Below, piece by piece: positions 1 to 12,327 of a stretch of DNA of 64,000 nucleotides. This DNA is from Lama guanicoe (Eukaryota), in the NCBI GenBank assembly GCA_013239625.1, contig MU053559.1, positions 2,524,324 to 2,588,323 of the forward strand. Reading direction: 5' to 3'. The notes under the pieces are model-generated. The model saw nothing but the letters and a program-made list of their open reading frames with translations. It was not told where the DNA came from and ran no database searches. How positions within the stretch are numbered: the first letter of the stretch is position 1; each line of letters starts with the position of its first letter. Both the position numbers and the translations under genes were made by a program.

Positions 1-667
1 CCCATGAGCAGCCTTCTTTTCACAGAAGGGCTTCCTCTGAAGCCTCCCACCCAGACTGAATTTATTTACCCATGAAAAAAAAAACAATCCTCAAGGTTCT
101 CATTGTAAATTACATGTCAGCGTTCTAATTTATGTCAGTCTCCTGTGACTTGGGTTAATGGCAGTCCATCTCACAGGGTCAGTTCAACTCTAGATCCAGC
201 CATATACTCCTCTGCCCTAAGGGCATTATTGTACAGGTTAGAGGCATGTGAAATAGTGGCATTTGGAAATATGAGCTAACTGGTACCTCTTTGGATTTGC
301 AGGCACTAGGTTTTGACTTTGAATAATCTGACCCAAGTGAGGTCCCGGCTCCCATCAGGCCCCGTCTAAACTTTACCACAATGCCAAGAGTAAGGAAAAG
401 TCTTTTTACCTTTGTGATAATCTCTGGGGGGAAATGACTTTAGTTCACAGTATAGTTCCTTAATTTGCAGACATTTATCATATCACACTGCTTAGGTGGT
501 ATTACAACTGGGCATATTTTACTCAGTATTTATGAGATGGGAGCAAATGACCAAAATGAAAACTTACTTCATTGGCTTTGTCATGCAAGGACCATTGTGA
601 GGCGTGTTGGAGTCAGCGTTCCCTTAGCCTCACCCAACAGCATATCCATCTATAGCCACATCTCCCG

Positions 668-1430
668 CACTGTAGGTGCAGGCTCCTAGAAAGTAGGGTC
701 CATGTCTTCTACACATTTATATCCTCAGGGCTGAGCACAGTGCTTGGCACAGAGTAGATGTTCAATTAATATTTGTTGGATGGCTGCATTATTCACAATA
801 GCCAAGACATGGAAACAATATAATTGTCCATAGATGGACAAATGAATAAATAAAATGTAATATATGTATACAATGGAATATTACTCAACCGTAAAAAAGG
901 AGATTGTGCCATTCGTGACAATGTGGATGAAACGTGAGGGTATCATGCTAAGTGAAATAATTCAGACAGACAAATGCTGTATGAGATCATTTATGTGTAG
1001 CATCTAAAAAAAACTGAACTTGTAGAGTCAGAGAGTAGAATGTTGGTTACCAAGGGCTGGGAGTTAGGGGAAATGAGGAAATGTTGGTTAAAGGGTATGA
1101 ACGTCCTGTTACAAGATGAACACTTACTTTCTGGGGTTGTGATGTACAGCATGGTAACTATGGTTAACAACACTGTATTATATACTCGAAAGTTGCTGAA
1201 AGAGTAGATTTTAAATGTTACCACCACCAACACTGCAACAAAATGATAATTATGTGACGTGAAGGATGTGTTAACTAACCTTATTGTGATAAACATTTTG
1301 CAATATATACATTGATCAAATCATATCACTGTACACCTTAAACTTACCAAATGTTGTGTGTCAATCATGTCTCAATAAAGTTGTGGGGGAAAATATTTGT
1401 TGGATGGCTGAACAATGAATGAATGAATGG
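668..1430 (+). mobile_element. L2 LINE 3' end, split by an L1 insertion
   Basis: agcacagtgcttggcacagagtagatgttcaattaatatttgttgga, resuming after the L1 as aatgaatgaatgaatgg (typical L2 tail). Confidence 0.8.
787..1391 (+). mobile_element. 5'-truncated older L1 (L1MA9-like) 3' end
   Basis: ORF2 end (cattattcacaatagccaaga..., caatggaatattactc), 3'UTR, AATAAA; 19-bp TSD aatatttgttggatggctg at 768-786 and 1392-1410. Confidence 0.9.
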
Positions 1431-2834
1431 ATTTCACAGGTAGAAACCAGTATCATTGGCCCAAGAGAGCAGAGACAAGCATGGCCTATTTTGGAAAGCT
1501 TTCCATTCCTAAAATAAGTCAAAAATCAAAGTCCATGAGTTAAAAAGTTTAAGCTTTAGTTCTCCACCTGCTCCACCCCAAACGGCTGATAAATCATCTG
1601 TCTTTCTCACACTCTCTCCACCTTCCTTTCCCTGGGGGCCAAATTTTGTAGTTATAATTTATTCATGCAGCAAGTTGATTATTCATGTATTAGTTTGTTT
1701 GGAAAAGAGCTAGTGTTAAAGAAGACAGAGAGAAAATGCGAATCAAGAAGCCATGATTTCTTAGAAGTAGAAAATTCTTACCCTTTATATCCTAGAGAGG
1801 CAATAGCATCCCTGGTCCAATTTAATACCAGCATATCTTCCATCTTTTCATAAGGAAATAAAGGGTTGCCCCCTCCTCCTCTTCACTGATATATTCAGCT
1901 TCCTATTGGATAACAGAAAGATATCAGGTGAAAAGTAAATTCTGTCCCTACTCTAGAAGAATGCATGGTTTAAACACAAGCTGGAAAAGATTAATTTAAA
2001 GCAGGGCTAAATTTTTATTTAGTCTTTCTAGAACACCATGAATAAAGCTCTAATCGTGAGTCAAAACCTAATTCAACATTTCTATGGAAATCAAAAAAAC
2101 AATTTATATGGAAATAGATATTTTTGCCTCCTCCCTCTGTTTGCCTTTTGTTTTTTCATTAATGATTTATAATATAGATTCATAAGTTCTTTTAATAACA
2201 CTCATTTATCTAAAGTTCTAAGCTCCTTGAAGAAATTTTGCTGTGTTTAGCAAACAGATTTTGAAAGATTTTAAAAGATTTAAGGAAACCGATGGGCCTC
2301 TAAAGACTCTGGAAATTCCAAAATTCAAATGATTTTCCAGGAGACGGAAAATCTTTTCATTACTGAAAACTCAGCAAGGCCAAGACTAGCTTACCTTTCT
2401 GTCCTGATGCTTCTTTGTGAAGTGAAATCCATTCAGGCAAATTACTTCAGACTGCCTAAGCCTCTAAAAGTGGCCGCCAGTGTGACTAGTCTTACAAAAG
2501 AACCGAGTCTAATCTAATAGCTTCAGCTAATCCATCTTAGTCAACAGTTCTAGGCTGATAGCTTTCTTTCTTTCTTTTTTTTTTTTTTGACAGAACTGTA
2601 AAAATTTATTAAGAGCTATCAAATATAACACAGAGTGATAAACCATGTTTTTGGATAGAAAGATTCAAAATCATAAAGATGTCAATTCTCTCAACTATTT
2701 ATTTATTTATTTATTTATTTATTTATTTCGACTTTTAATTTTTATTAAGGATTATTATGACATTAATTCTTTTTATTTTGTTTTTGTTTTTGTTTTTGTT
2801 TCTCCAGTTTTATTATGTAGAATTATTACAGTTT

Positions 2835-3772
2835 GAAAAATGGGCAGAAGACCTAAAAAAGCAATTCTCCAAGGATGACATACAAATGATCAACAGACAC
2901 ATGAAAAAATGTTCAATATCACTAATTATCAGAGAAATGCAAATCAAAACCTCAATGAGGTATCACCTCACACCAGTCGGAATGGCCATCATTCAAAAGG
3001 CCACAAATGACAAGTGCTGGAGAGGCTGTGGAGAAAAGGAAACCCTCCTACACTGCTGGTGGGAACGCAGTTTGGTGCAGCCCCTGTGGAAAACAGTATG
3101 GAGATTCCTCAAAAGACTAGGAATAGACTTACCATATGATCCAGGAATCCCACTCCTGGGCATATATCAAGAAGAAACCCTACTTCAAAAAGACACCTGC
3201 ACCCCAATGTTCATAGCAGCACTATTTACAATAGCCAAGACATGGAAACAGCCTAAATGTCCATCAACAGCTGACTGGATAAAGAAGCTGTGGTATATTT
3301 ATACAATGGAATACTATTCAGCCATAAAAACTGACAACATAATGCCATTTGCAGCAATATGGATGTTCCTGGAGAATGTCATTCTAAGTGAAGTAAGCCA
3401 GAAAGAGAAGAAAAATACCATATGAGATTGCTCATATGTGGAATTAAAAAAAAGAGAACATAAATACAAAACAGAAACAGATTCATAGATATAGAATACA
3501 AACTTGTGGTTGCCAAGGGTGCAGGGGGTGAGAAGGGACAGACTGGGATTTCAAAATTTGTAAATACTGACAGGCATATATAGAATAGATAAACAAGATT
3601 ATACTGTATAGCACAGGGAAATACATACAAGATTTTGTGGTAGCTCACAGCAAAAAAAAAAGTGACAATGAAAATATGTATGTTCCTATGTAACTGAAAA
3701 ATTGTGCTCTACACTGGAATTTGACACAACATTGTAAAATGACTATAACTCAATAAAAAGATGTTTAAAAAA
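2835..3772 (+). mobile_element. Young camelid-type L1, 5'-truncated (ORF2 C-terminus + 3'UTR)
   Basis: ORF 2757-3425 translates as L1 ORF2p C-terminus ([41 protein letters not shown]); AATAAA and A-tail at ~3752-3772. Confidence 0.95.
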
Positions 3773-3805
3773 CATACAGTTCAACTGCACGTACACATTA
3801 TATTT

Positions 3806-4300
3806 AGGCTGGTAGCTTTCAATCTTAGCTGCACATTCGAGTCACCCGGAGAGGTCTGGTGGGTGTGGCTCACCCAACAAATCAGAATCTCAGAAAATGG
3901 AACGAAGGCATCAATGCAGTTTAACATTCTCTGGGGAATTATAATGTGCAGCCAAGAATGGGAACCACTGCTCCAAGCCAATGTTTCTCCAATTGTTCTC
4001 CATGGATCACCGATATAAAAATACCCTGGAGAACCCATTATAAGTGCATATCTCTGGCCTCCACCATAGACCTAGTGAATGGAAACTTTGGAAAATCTGC
4101 TACAGGTGATTCTTACACACATTGCAACACGTATTGCACATCAGCTTTCTCAAATCCATTTCAGTTCCCTCAGAGCAGTGGTTCTCAAAGTATGGTCTCT
4201 GACCAGCAACATCGTCACTACCTGGGAACTTGTTAGAAATGCAAGTTCTCTGGGGCCCCTACCCCAGATCTACTGAATCAGAAACTCTAAAGGTGGGCTG
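3806..4300. mobile_element. Three adjacent MER5-family (hAT-Charlie) MITE copies
   Basis: atcttagctgcacattcgagtcacc...gtgcagccaagaatgggaaccactg (3806-3972); caatgtttctcc...ggtgattctta (3980-4130); cagtggttctcaaagtatggtc...cctgggaacttgttagaaatgca...tactgaatcagaaactct (4176-4300). Confidence 0.8.
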
Positions 4301-4321
4301 TCGGGGGTGGAGGAAAGGGGT

Positions 4322-4560
4322 CTTTTATTTTTTCCAACTTTTGTTATGAATATTCTTAAACAGACAAATTGAAAGAATCATACATTAAACACCCATGTAC
4401 TCACCACCTTGATGCTATGTTTGCTTTATCTCATATCTCTTCTACTCAGTCCTCTGTCATTTATCAATTCATCTTATTCTTTGGATGTATCTCAAAGCAA
4501 GCTGCAGACATCAGTATACATTATTCTGGAACCCTTCAGCATGCATAATATTAACTAGAC
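4322..4560 (-). mobile_element. Ancient L1 (L1MC/ME) 3' end fragment
   Basis: T-rich start then aaacagacaaattgaaagaatcatacattaaacacccatgtactcaccacc, like reverse-strand L1MC/ME 3'UTR. Confidence 0.55.
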
Positions 4561-4937
4561 TGAACTGAGTTTTAGTAACCAGAAGTAATAAGAAAGCTTT
4601 GGAATCCACCCAAGGTATCATTCAGGGATGCAGAAGATATTCAATACAGCATAATTGAAGACAATGATTGTAGAAAATACAGTCCCTGGGAGGAAAAGCT
4701 TAAATATAAGTGCAGTTCCTGATGCTCCTTGCTCTTCCTTCGAAGGACATCCCTTTAATGTTTATCTATAGTCATTTATGCACATATCTCAATTAACACT
4801 GCACTCGTGTTCCAGTGGTATAATGTGGGTATTCATCCAGATTTTTAATTCTCTGTTTGTACATGAAGTTCTTATTATGAGTTTATTTCTCCCATGATTA
4901 TTTATTCAGTAGAAATATAAGTAGACACATTTTGTCT

Positions 4938-5026
4938 GTACGTATGTATCTATATATGTATGCATAGCTGTACATGTATGTATGTACATATGTAGCTACA
5001 TATATATAAATATATATATATATATA
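4938..5026. repeat. (TA)/(TG) low-complexity microsatellite
   Basis: tatgtatctatatatgtatgcatag...tatatatatatatatac. Confidence 0.85.
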
Positions 5027-5469
5027 CTTAGACATCAATTTAAGAAAGGAATATAGTAGCTAATCTAGTGCCAACCATAATAGAGAGGCACTAAATATCC
5101 TAGATTAGAGCAATTTCCTCCCTGTGATGCCCAAATAATATATTTCTTTTAGCCTCTGCACTCTTTTATTTTAAATCTAGTTCCCTTCCGCCTGCTGTTT
5201 CTTCTACATTACATACTCTGTGGAAGCTATCCACTATCCACTTTTGACTCTGAAATTTGCTTTGAGCTAAAATACCTCATGACTTTGACAAATGGCCAGA
5301 ACAACCCAATTTTAACTTGCTGACGTAAAGGCAAATAACATACCTTTTTGGTATTTTCAGGAGACTTGGATTCAGATTCATTTAAAAGTTGTCACTAAGC
5401 TATTTGTCTCAGGAGGTAGCCTCAATCAAGGCAGAAGTACTCCTTTTACTCCAAGAATAATAATAATAA

Positions 5470-6750
5470 ATGCTATCTACTTAGTGTCTATCAAATAGCA
5501 GGTACTGCACGGGGCTGCTTACTACGTGCTGTGCCAGGTGCTGGAGTGAATCAGATATCTGGACTCAGAAAGCTGAAAATCTAGCATGGGATGATTTGCA
5601 TTCCTATAAATTACTTAATAAGAATTTAAATTGTAATTGGAACAAGTATTAACAAAAAGGGGGAGGGGTATTTGGAGTGGATAAAACAAGGAAAGCCCTA
5701 GTTGGGGAGAGTGGGGCAGGATGGGGAGTCATCAAGCCTTTCCCATCTATTTCCTAAGACTTGAAAGATGAGTAGGAGTGGGCCAGGCAGAAAAAGAGGG
5801 AAGGGCACTCCAGGCAAAGGAAATAGGATATTTAAAAACACTTTCATTAAGACCTAACTAATATGACCCAGGAATCTCACTCCTGGGCATATATCCAATA
5901 GGAACCCTACTTCGAAAAGACACCTGCACCCCAATGTTCATAGCAGCGCTATTTACAATAGCCAAGACATGGAAACAGCCTAAATGTCCATCGACAGATG
6001 ACTGGATAAAGATGTGGTATATTTATACAATGGAATACTACTCAGCCATAAAAACGACAACATAACGCCATTTGCAGCAACATGGATGCTCCTGGAGAAT
6101 GTCATTCTAAGTGAAGTAAGCCAGAAAGAGAAAGAAAAATACCATATGAGATTACTCATATGTGGAATCTAAAAAAAAAGACAAATGAACTTAAATACAA
6201 AACAGAAACAGAGTCATAGACGTAGAATACAAACTTGTGGTTGCCGAGGGGAGGGGAGTGGGAAGGCAGAGACAGGGAGTTCGAAATCTGTAGATACTGA
6301 CAGGTATGTATAGAATAGATTAACAAGTTTATACTGTATAGCACAGGGAAATATATACAAGATCTTGTAGTAGCTCATGGTGAAAAAATATGTGACAATG
6401 AATATATGTATTTTCATGTATGATTGAAAAATTGTGCTGTACACCAGAAATTGACACAACATTGTAAACTGACTATAACTCAACAAAATAAAATAAAACA
6501 AGAGGGGAAGAAAGACCTAACTAAAAATCAAGCCAGCATGCTTGGAGCCTTGGAGCCTTTGGGGACAAAAGGAAGCTTGAGAAAGGAACAGGGACCAGAT
6601 TGTACAGAGTCTTGTGTGCAATGTTAAGGATTTTGGTATTCACCCATCATTGACAGGCAGCCACAGAAAGGTTTTAAATAAGATTAGGAATTGATTTGAC
6701 CAGATTTGTGTTTTTAGACAATCATTCCCAGCTATTATGTAGAAGATGGT
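5470..6750 (-). mobile_element. L2 LINE fragment interrupted by an L1
   Basis: tgtgccaggtgctgg..., gaagggcactccaggcaaagg, then gcaatgttaaggattttgg...gatttgtgtttttagacaatcattcc. Confidence 0.65.
5862..6511 (+). mobile_element. Young camelid-type L1 3' end
   Basis: Close match to 3135-3760; 13-bp TSD aagacctaactaa at 5849-5861 and 6512-6524. Confidence 0.95.
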
Positions 6751-6754
6751 GTTT

Positions 6755-7125
6755 TTGTTAGATTATAGTTTTGGCTAAGTGTGACACAGACTCAAAATAA
6801 CAATGGCTGAAGTAAGATCAAAAGTGATTTCTCTCCCATGTGAAAGTCTGAATTGGAATTGACTACTGCTCCTAAAAGTCATGGAACCCAGGCTCCATCT
6901 GTCTTCTTCTTCTGCCATCCCTACATTATTGCCCTTCCCAGCCTTGTCCAAGATTGTGCAGTGCCAAAGCCACATCTCAACCGGCAGAAAGGGCACTGGG
7001 AAATTCTATGTGTCACTATCACTTTGTTTCATTAACAAGAACTTAGGTCAATGGCCACATCTAGCTGCAAGGGAGTTTGGGAAAGTGAGGTGTTTTTTTT
7101 TCCTAGATGATTTTGTGCCCAGCTA
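6755..7125 (-). mobile_element. MaLR LTR (MLT1I/J-like)
   Basis: aaaataacaatggctgaagtaaga...ggaacccaggctcc...ggccacatctagctgcaagggagtttgggaaa. Confidence 0.7.
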
Positions 7126-7146
7126 AGAAGTCTATCACTTTGTTTA

Positions 7147-7290
7147 ATCTTTATTTATTGCAGTATAGTCAGTTACAGTGTGTCAATTCCTGGTGTACAA
7201 CATAATGCTTCAGTCATACATGAACATACATATATTCATTTTCATATTCTTTTTCATTAAAGGTTATTACAAGATATTGAATATAGCCCT
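7147..7290 (-). mobile_element. Short camelid-type L1 3' end
   Basis: tttattgcagtatagtcagttacagtgtgtcaattcctggtgtac, the reverse complement of the L1 terminus seen elsewhere in the window. Confidence 0.85.
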
Positions 7291-7479
7291 TGAAGGATAA
7301 TGTAAAATGAATTTGAAAAGTGATAACTCTGCAAACCAGCAAATCAGTGGAACTGAAAAAGAATGTAGAGTAGAGGAGAGAGGAAATAAATTCTAAATTT
7401 GAGCAATTTAAATTATTTCTACAGAATAAGCAAGAAGCTATTAAGTGGATGCAAAATGAAGGGGAAAAATTATTGTAGC

Positions 7480-8340
7480 TGTTCTAGTAGATGTGAGATT
7501 ATATCTCATTATGGTTTTGATTTGCACTTCATTTATGACTAATGATGTTGAGTACCTTTTCATATACTTACTGGCAATTTGTATATTTCTTTGTAGTTTT
7601 TTATTCAGTTCCTTTATGTATTTTAAATTGGGTTGTTTGTCTTTTTTTTTTTTTGGGGGGTTGTAGGGGTTTTTAATACATTAAAATTTATTAAATGTTA
7701 ACAAAACTAAATGAAAACCCCATAACATTTTCAGATCATGTTTCCACACTAAAATATCTATTGAAGAAGGTTCTTTTTCTTTGGGGTATTCTAGGACTCT
7801 TGGAATTCCATATGAATTTGAGAATCAGCTTTTAAATTTCTGAAAAAAAGAAGCTGCTGGAATTTTGATAGGAATTGTATTGAATCACTTTGTGTGGCAT
7901 TGACATCTTAAAATACTGTATTCCAATCCATGAACGCAAGATTTCTTTCCACTTACTTAGGTTTTCCTTAATTTCTTCCAGTAATGTTTTATAAATTTCA
8001 ATGTACAAGTCTTCCCCCTCCTTGGTTAAATTTATTCCTAAGTAGTTTATACTTTTGAATGCTATTATAAATGAAATTGCTTTCTTAATTTCCATACTGG
8101 ATTCTTCATTGTTTAGAAACAGAACTTTCTTTTGTGTGTTTATTTTATAACCTGTTACTTTGCTGAATTCATTTATTAGTTCTAGTTAGCTTTCTTACAG
8201 ATACTTTAGGATTTTGTACATGTAGAGTTATGTCATCTGCAAACAAAGATAGTTTTACTTCTTCCTTACAAATTTGGATGCCTTTTATTTCTTTTCTTGT
8301 TCTAAGTAGCTCTGGCTAGAACTTCCATTACAAGGTTGAG
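7480..8340 (-). mobile_element. Older L1 ORF2 fragments
   Basis: ORF 7832-8095 (INYLGINLTKEGEDLY...WKEILRSWIG) is L1 ORF2p-like; tatctcattatggttttgatttgc at 7503. Confidence 0.85.
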
Positions 8341-8361
8341 TAGCTCACTGTCTTTTTTTTA

Positions 8362-8452
8362 TATGGCAGAGTTGAGTAGTTTGACAAAGACCAATTGGAC
8401 TCAAAAAGTTTTAAATATTTACTATCTAACCCTTTACAGAGATAGTTTGACA
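8362..8452 (+). mobile_element. MER58A-like hAT MITE, 3' half
   Basis: ggcagagttgagtagt...aaatatttactatctaaccctttacagagatagtttg; matches 21450-21540. Confidence 0.75.
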
Positions 8453-8469
8453 TTTTTTTGCCTCTAAGT

Positions 8470-8860
8470 ATAATTAAGTCTGAAACTCAAAAGAGTGGTC
8501 TTGATTTGCGATATGTATTTGAGAATGGGCAGATTTGTATGTTACTTGAGGTCACAGTAGTTTGAGGACCACCTAGAATGAAAGATGCGGGTCAAGGATT
8601 AAGACTTGATGTATTTCAGTGTTTAAAGACAAGGAGGATGGAAAAAAATCCTGTCACAAAAGACCAAGGCGTGTATGTACCAGAGTGTGGTGTACCTCAG
8701 AGAAACCAAGGAAAAAGCATTTCAAAAAGAGGGAACTAGTCAACAATGTGAAAAGCTGACAAAAACATGTCAAGTAAGATGAGGACTTAAAAATGTCCAT
8801 TGTTTTTCCAATAGGATGGTTACTGGTAACTGTAACAAGAGAAGCCTCAGTGGAGTAGTT
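8470..8860 (-). mobile_element. L2 fragment
   Basis: gaaaccaaggaaaaagcatttcaaaaagagggaactagtcaac...caagtaagatgaggact. Confidence 0.6.
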
Positions 8861-8899
8861 TTAAATGTTTTAATTTCCAAACTAAAATATTTTGAAGAA

Positions 8900-10890
8900 T
8901 TAAAACATTTGAAGAATTACAATTTCTTGCTTTTCTAAGATATTTGTTTACTGACCAGCAAACTGGACTAATTTTGTTGGTAAACATTGGTATAAACATT
9001 TTATATTTAAGATATTTTCAAATATGAAATTCTTTAAAAAAATAACATTATTTCCATATAAAAGACTTTCCAGAATGATTTTCCAAAATTAAAAAGACAC
9101 ATAAGCAATTATTATTGGTACATATTCATGCACTTTAATCAGTTTTTTAGCAATGTCTCTTTCTGATACTCTGTTATTTTTCTGAAAATGTATTTTTTCA
9201 ATAGGACTTAGTAACATTACCTGCAATATTCTTCAAAATAGTAGTTTATAGCCAATACATTTGAAATTTTTGATAGCTTTAATTCATTCTTTTCTGAAGA
9301 CTATGATATTTTTAATTAAAACAATACTCTCCTTACAGATGTTAAGGTAAGTACAGAACAAATTCTGTTAATTAAAGAGCATTCTCAATTCTAATTCTTT
9401 TGCTGAAAAATGTGTAAATATTTTGAAGGGTAATGTCTTTTTGCTTCCATTTAGGGTCCTTCAACAAATATTTTTACAAGATAAAACTCATGAAATAAGT
9501 TCTCTGTATTTATGATTCTTTCGAATGGTTCACCAAATTTAAACACTGCAAAATCAAGGCCTTCTCAAGTTTATTCTATTGCAGTACAGATTATAAACAC
9601 TAGTTAAAAATAAGAGATGCATCAAGTGAAGATATTACAAAGTGCAGTTGGAGAATGTCAAAATTAAACCTTGTACACAGTTTGGGCTCTCATCAAATAA
9701 TCTGTCAGATGATAAATTTTAATTTCTTCCTATATACAAGCTTTGTTTTCATAATTGCAATTTGCTAAGAGCTTCAAACGCTGATTTTTTGGGTACTCCA
9801 TTCCTTGAGTACTTTGATTATAGACTTTCAAATGATTTTGAACAAAATGCAACCTAAATTTAAAGTACTTGTTTAGAATAATAGGCAATACTCTGTAGGA
9901 CGCTTGAGTTAAATAACAACATACTTCTATAAAGACTCAAACATTTTAAAAGTCTGAGTTAGGACTAAAAACAAAAAGAGAATCATACACTGTCATGCTA
10001 ATTTTTTTCCATGTTCCAGATTAGATTTGTCACAAAAGTTTACGATTCAATTATTCTAAATGTGTGTATGTGTATGTAAACCCATTTGTAAACGTTGACA
10101 GCTAGGGCTTCTATTTCAATTGATAAAGTATCACAATGTTGATGCAGCGACGAATGATATATGCTCCACAACTGAGTTCCAGTGTGTCCCTGCTCCATAG
10201 GTTTCTTAATTTAGGAAGAACACTGGTTTTGCCAAGATAATTATATCCCAGCTAAGTTTGTAATTGTATTATCATCACAACAAAATAATTTCCTCTTTGA
10301 CGTTGGATTTTTAAACTGAATCTATAAATGAGCATTATTAAAGTCAGCCGTTTTACCTTTAACAAAATGACCTTCCAAAAGCTATACTTTGATTGCATAA
10401 ATTTGATGAAAAAATTAAGCCATTACTGAAATTAACCAATTTTCTATTTGAAACATCTAATGTCACTGATATAACTGTTTGCAAAGATCTTTTTCTGCTA
10501 ATGGAGCCGATCCATTAACAGATTCCACTTCACCCTTTGTACATGCATGGGAAAACATGGAATTGAAAAGGAATGAAATTAATTTCAAGAAAAGGACACT
10601 TGATCTAATTGAAAAGCCATGCTTCACAGAATGCTATGTAAATTCACCTTCTGCTGCAAACTTTTGAAATAGATGCTGATTTTTTTTAAAGATTTGGGTC
10701 TTCTGGTTTTCACATGGTCAGTAATGTCACTGTGACTTCTGGTTGGGTGGTAAATGCTGACAAACGTTTTTATGCAGGTTACACATTCACCAAATTTTTT
10801 TTTTTGAAAAATAGAAATCCACTAATTATCCACAAAACATGTACTTTCTTTTTCTCATTTACATTGAAAATCCATTGCTGTAGAGAGGCT
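8900..10890 (-). mobile_element. Decayed autonomous hAT DNA transposon (BLACKJACK-like) with transposase pseudogene
   Basis: Manual minus-strand translation across frameshifts: BED-finger-like ..CVTC..SHSDITDHVKTRR; FAAEGEFT*HSVKHGFSIRS..ACTKGEVESVNGSAPLAEKDLCKQL; ISVTLDVSNRK; CCDDNTITNLAG; LSCGAYII; CDTLSIEIEALAVNVYKW; hATC-like TEFVLYLP..SSEKNELK. Confidence 0.8.
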
Positions 10891-10993
10891 CTATTTGCAA
10901 AGTAAAAAGGCATAAAGAAACAGAAAAACAAGCAAATAGTTGTAGATTTACAAGTTAACATGAATAACAGAACTGCTATAGCAGGAGCTTTCT

Positions 10994-11569
10994 TTTTTTT
11001 TCATTTTATTTTATTGCATTATAGTCAGTTTACAATGTTGTGTCAATTTCTGGTGTAGAGCACAATTTTTCATTTATACATGAACATATGTATATTCATT
11101 GTCACATACTTTTTCACTGTGAGCTACCACAAGATCTTGTATATATTTCCCTGTGCTATACAGTATAATCTTGTTTATCTATGCTGCATATGTCTGTCAG
11201 TATCTACATATTTTGAACTCCCAGTCTATCCCTTCCCAGCCCCCGCCCCCTAGGCAACCACATGTTTGTATTCTATGTCTATGAGTCTGTTTCTGTTTTG
11301 TATTTATGTTCTTTTTTTTTTTTTTTTTTTTTCCCCTTGTTATTTCTCTTAATGATTCCTCATATGGTATTTTTCTTTCTCTTTCTGGCTTACTTCACTT
11401 AGAATGACATTCTCCAGAGACATCCATGTTGCTGCAAATGGCGTTATGTTGTCATTTTTATGGCTGAATAGTATTCCATTCTGTAAATATAGGACATCTT
11501 CTTTATCCAGTCATCTGTTGATGGACATTTACGCTGTTTCCATGCCTTGGCTATTGTAAATAGTGCTGC
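10994..11569 (-). mobile_element. Young camelid-type L1 3' end
   Basis: Reverse complement of the 3220-3760 type; perfect 15-bp TSD tagcaggagctttct at 10979-10993 and 11570-11584. Confidence 0.95.
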
Positions 11570-11989
11570 TAGCAGGAGCTTTCTGATTTGTTTCCTCTAT
11601 GCTCTATAGAAGGACAGCTCAGTCTCCATTTCCTACATGCACTTCACTGATAGTTAACCCATACTTTCTCACATTTCCTACTGATCCTTTGAGCTGGTGA
11701 GCTAATAACCTTAACAGCACAAGTGGCTGATGTACTTAACTGACCTTCAGATACAACAGCATCAAATATACCACCTAAGACCAGGGGCTAGCAATTTTCT
11801 AACTGATGGAGTCCAAGAGAACTTTGTCGCTCTAGCAAGCTGCAGGCTGTCCTTGAAAGGGAGGTGTCTGTTACCTTGCACATGGAAAGAGCTGTCATCT
11901 TTCCCACTTAACTACATGGTAAAGTGAGAACTCTGTACTCTGCCCGTGCATCCCACACACTACTACAATGAGATGGTTCTGTGCTTTTT

Positions 11990-12310
11990 TGAAATCTATT
12001 TTACCTGATATCTGATATATTTACTCCTGCTTTTTTGCTGTTGTATTTGAAGTGAGTTTCTTGTAGACAGCATATAGTTGAATCATGGCTTTGTTAATCC
12101 ACTCTGCCAGTCTCTGTTTTTTAATTGATTGATTGATTTACATTTAAGGTAATTATTGATATGTTAGGGTTTATATTGCCATTTTATTCTTTGTTTTTGT
12201 TTATTTCCTGTGTTTCTCATTGCTCTGTTTCTCATGCCCAGCCCCCTAGTAGATTACTTGAACATTTTTAAGCTTTTTAGTTATAGTCTTATTTATAGTC
12301 TTTTTGAATA
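11990..12310 (-). mobile_element. Old L1 fragment, start of ORF2 endonuclease
   Basis: Minus strand reads SIITLNVN..IKKQRLAEWI..DSTICCLQETHFKY. Confidence 0.75.
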
Positions 12311-12327
12311 CTTTACTTTGTATAGTT

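Noticed and set aside
2757..3425. Longest ORF (222 aa) as a host gene
   Set aside because: A low-complexity T-rich N-terminus fused to the C-terminus of L1 ORF2p from a 5'-truncated insertion.
4580..4690. Minus-strand acceptor (ttttcctcccag) and possible terminal exon (DCIFYNHCLQLCCIEYLLHP*)
   Set aside because: All three frames stop within ~70 nt, the peptide is unrecognised, and the DNA also resembles degenerate L1ME sequence.
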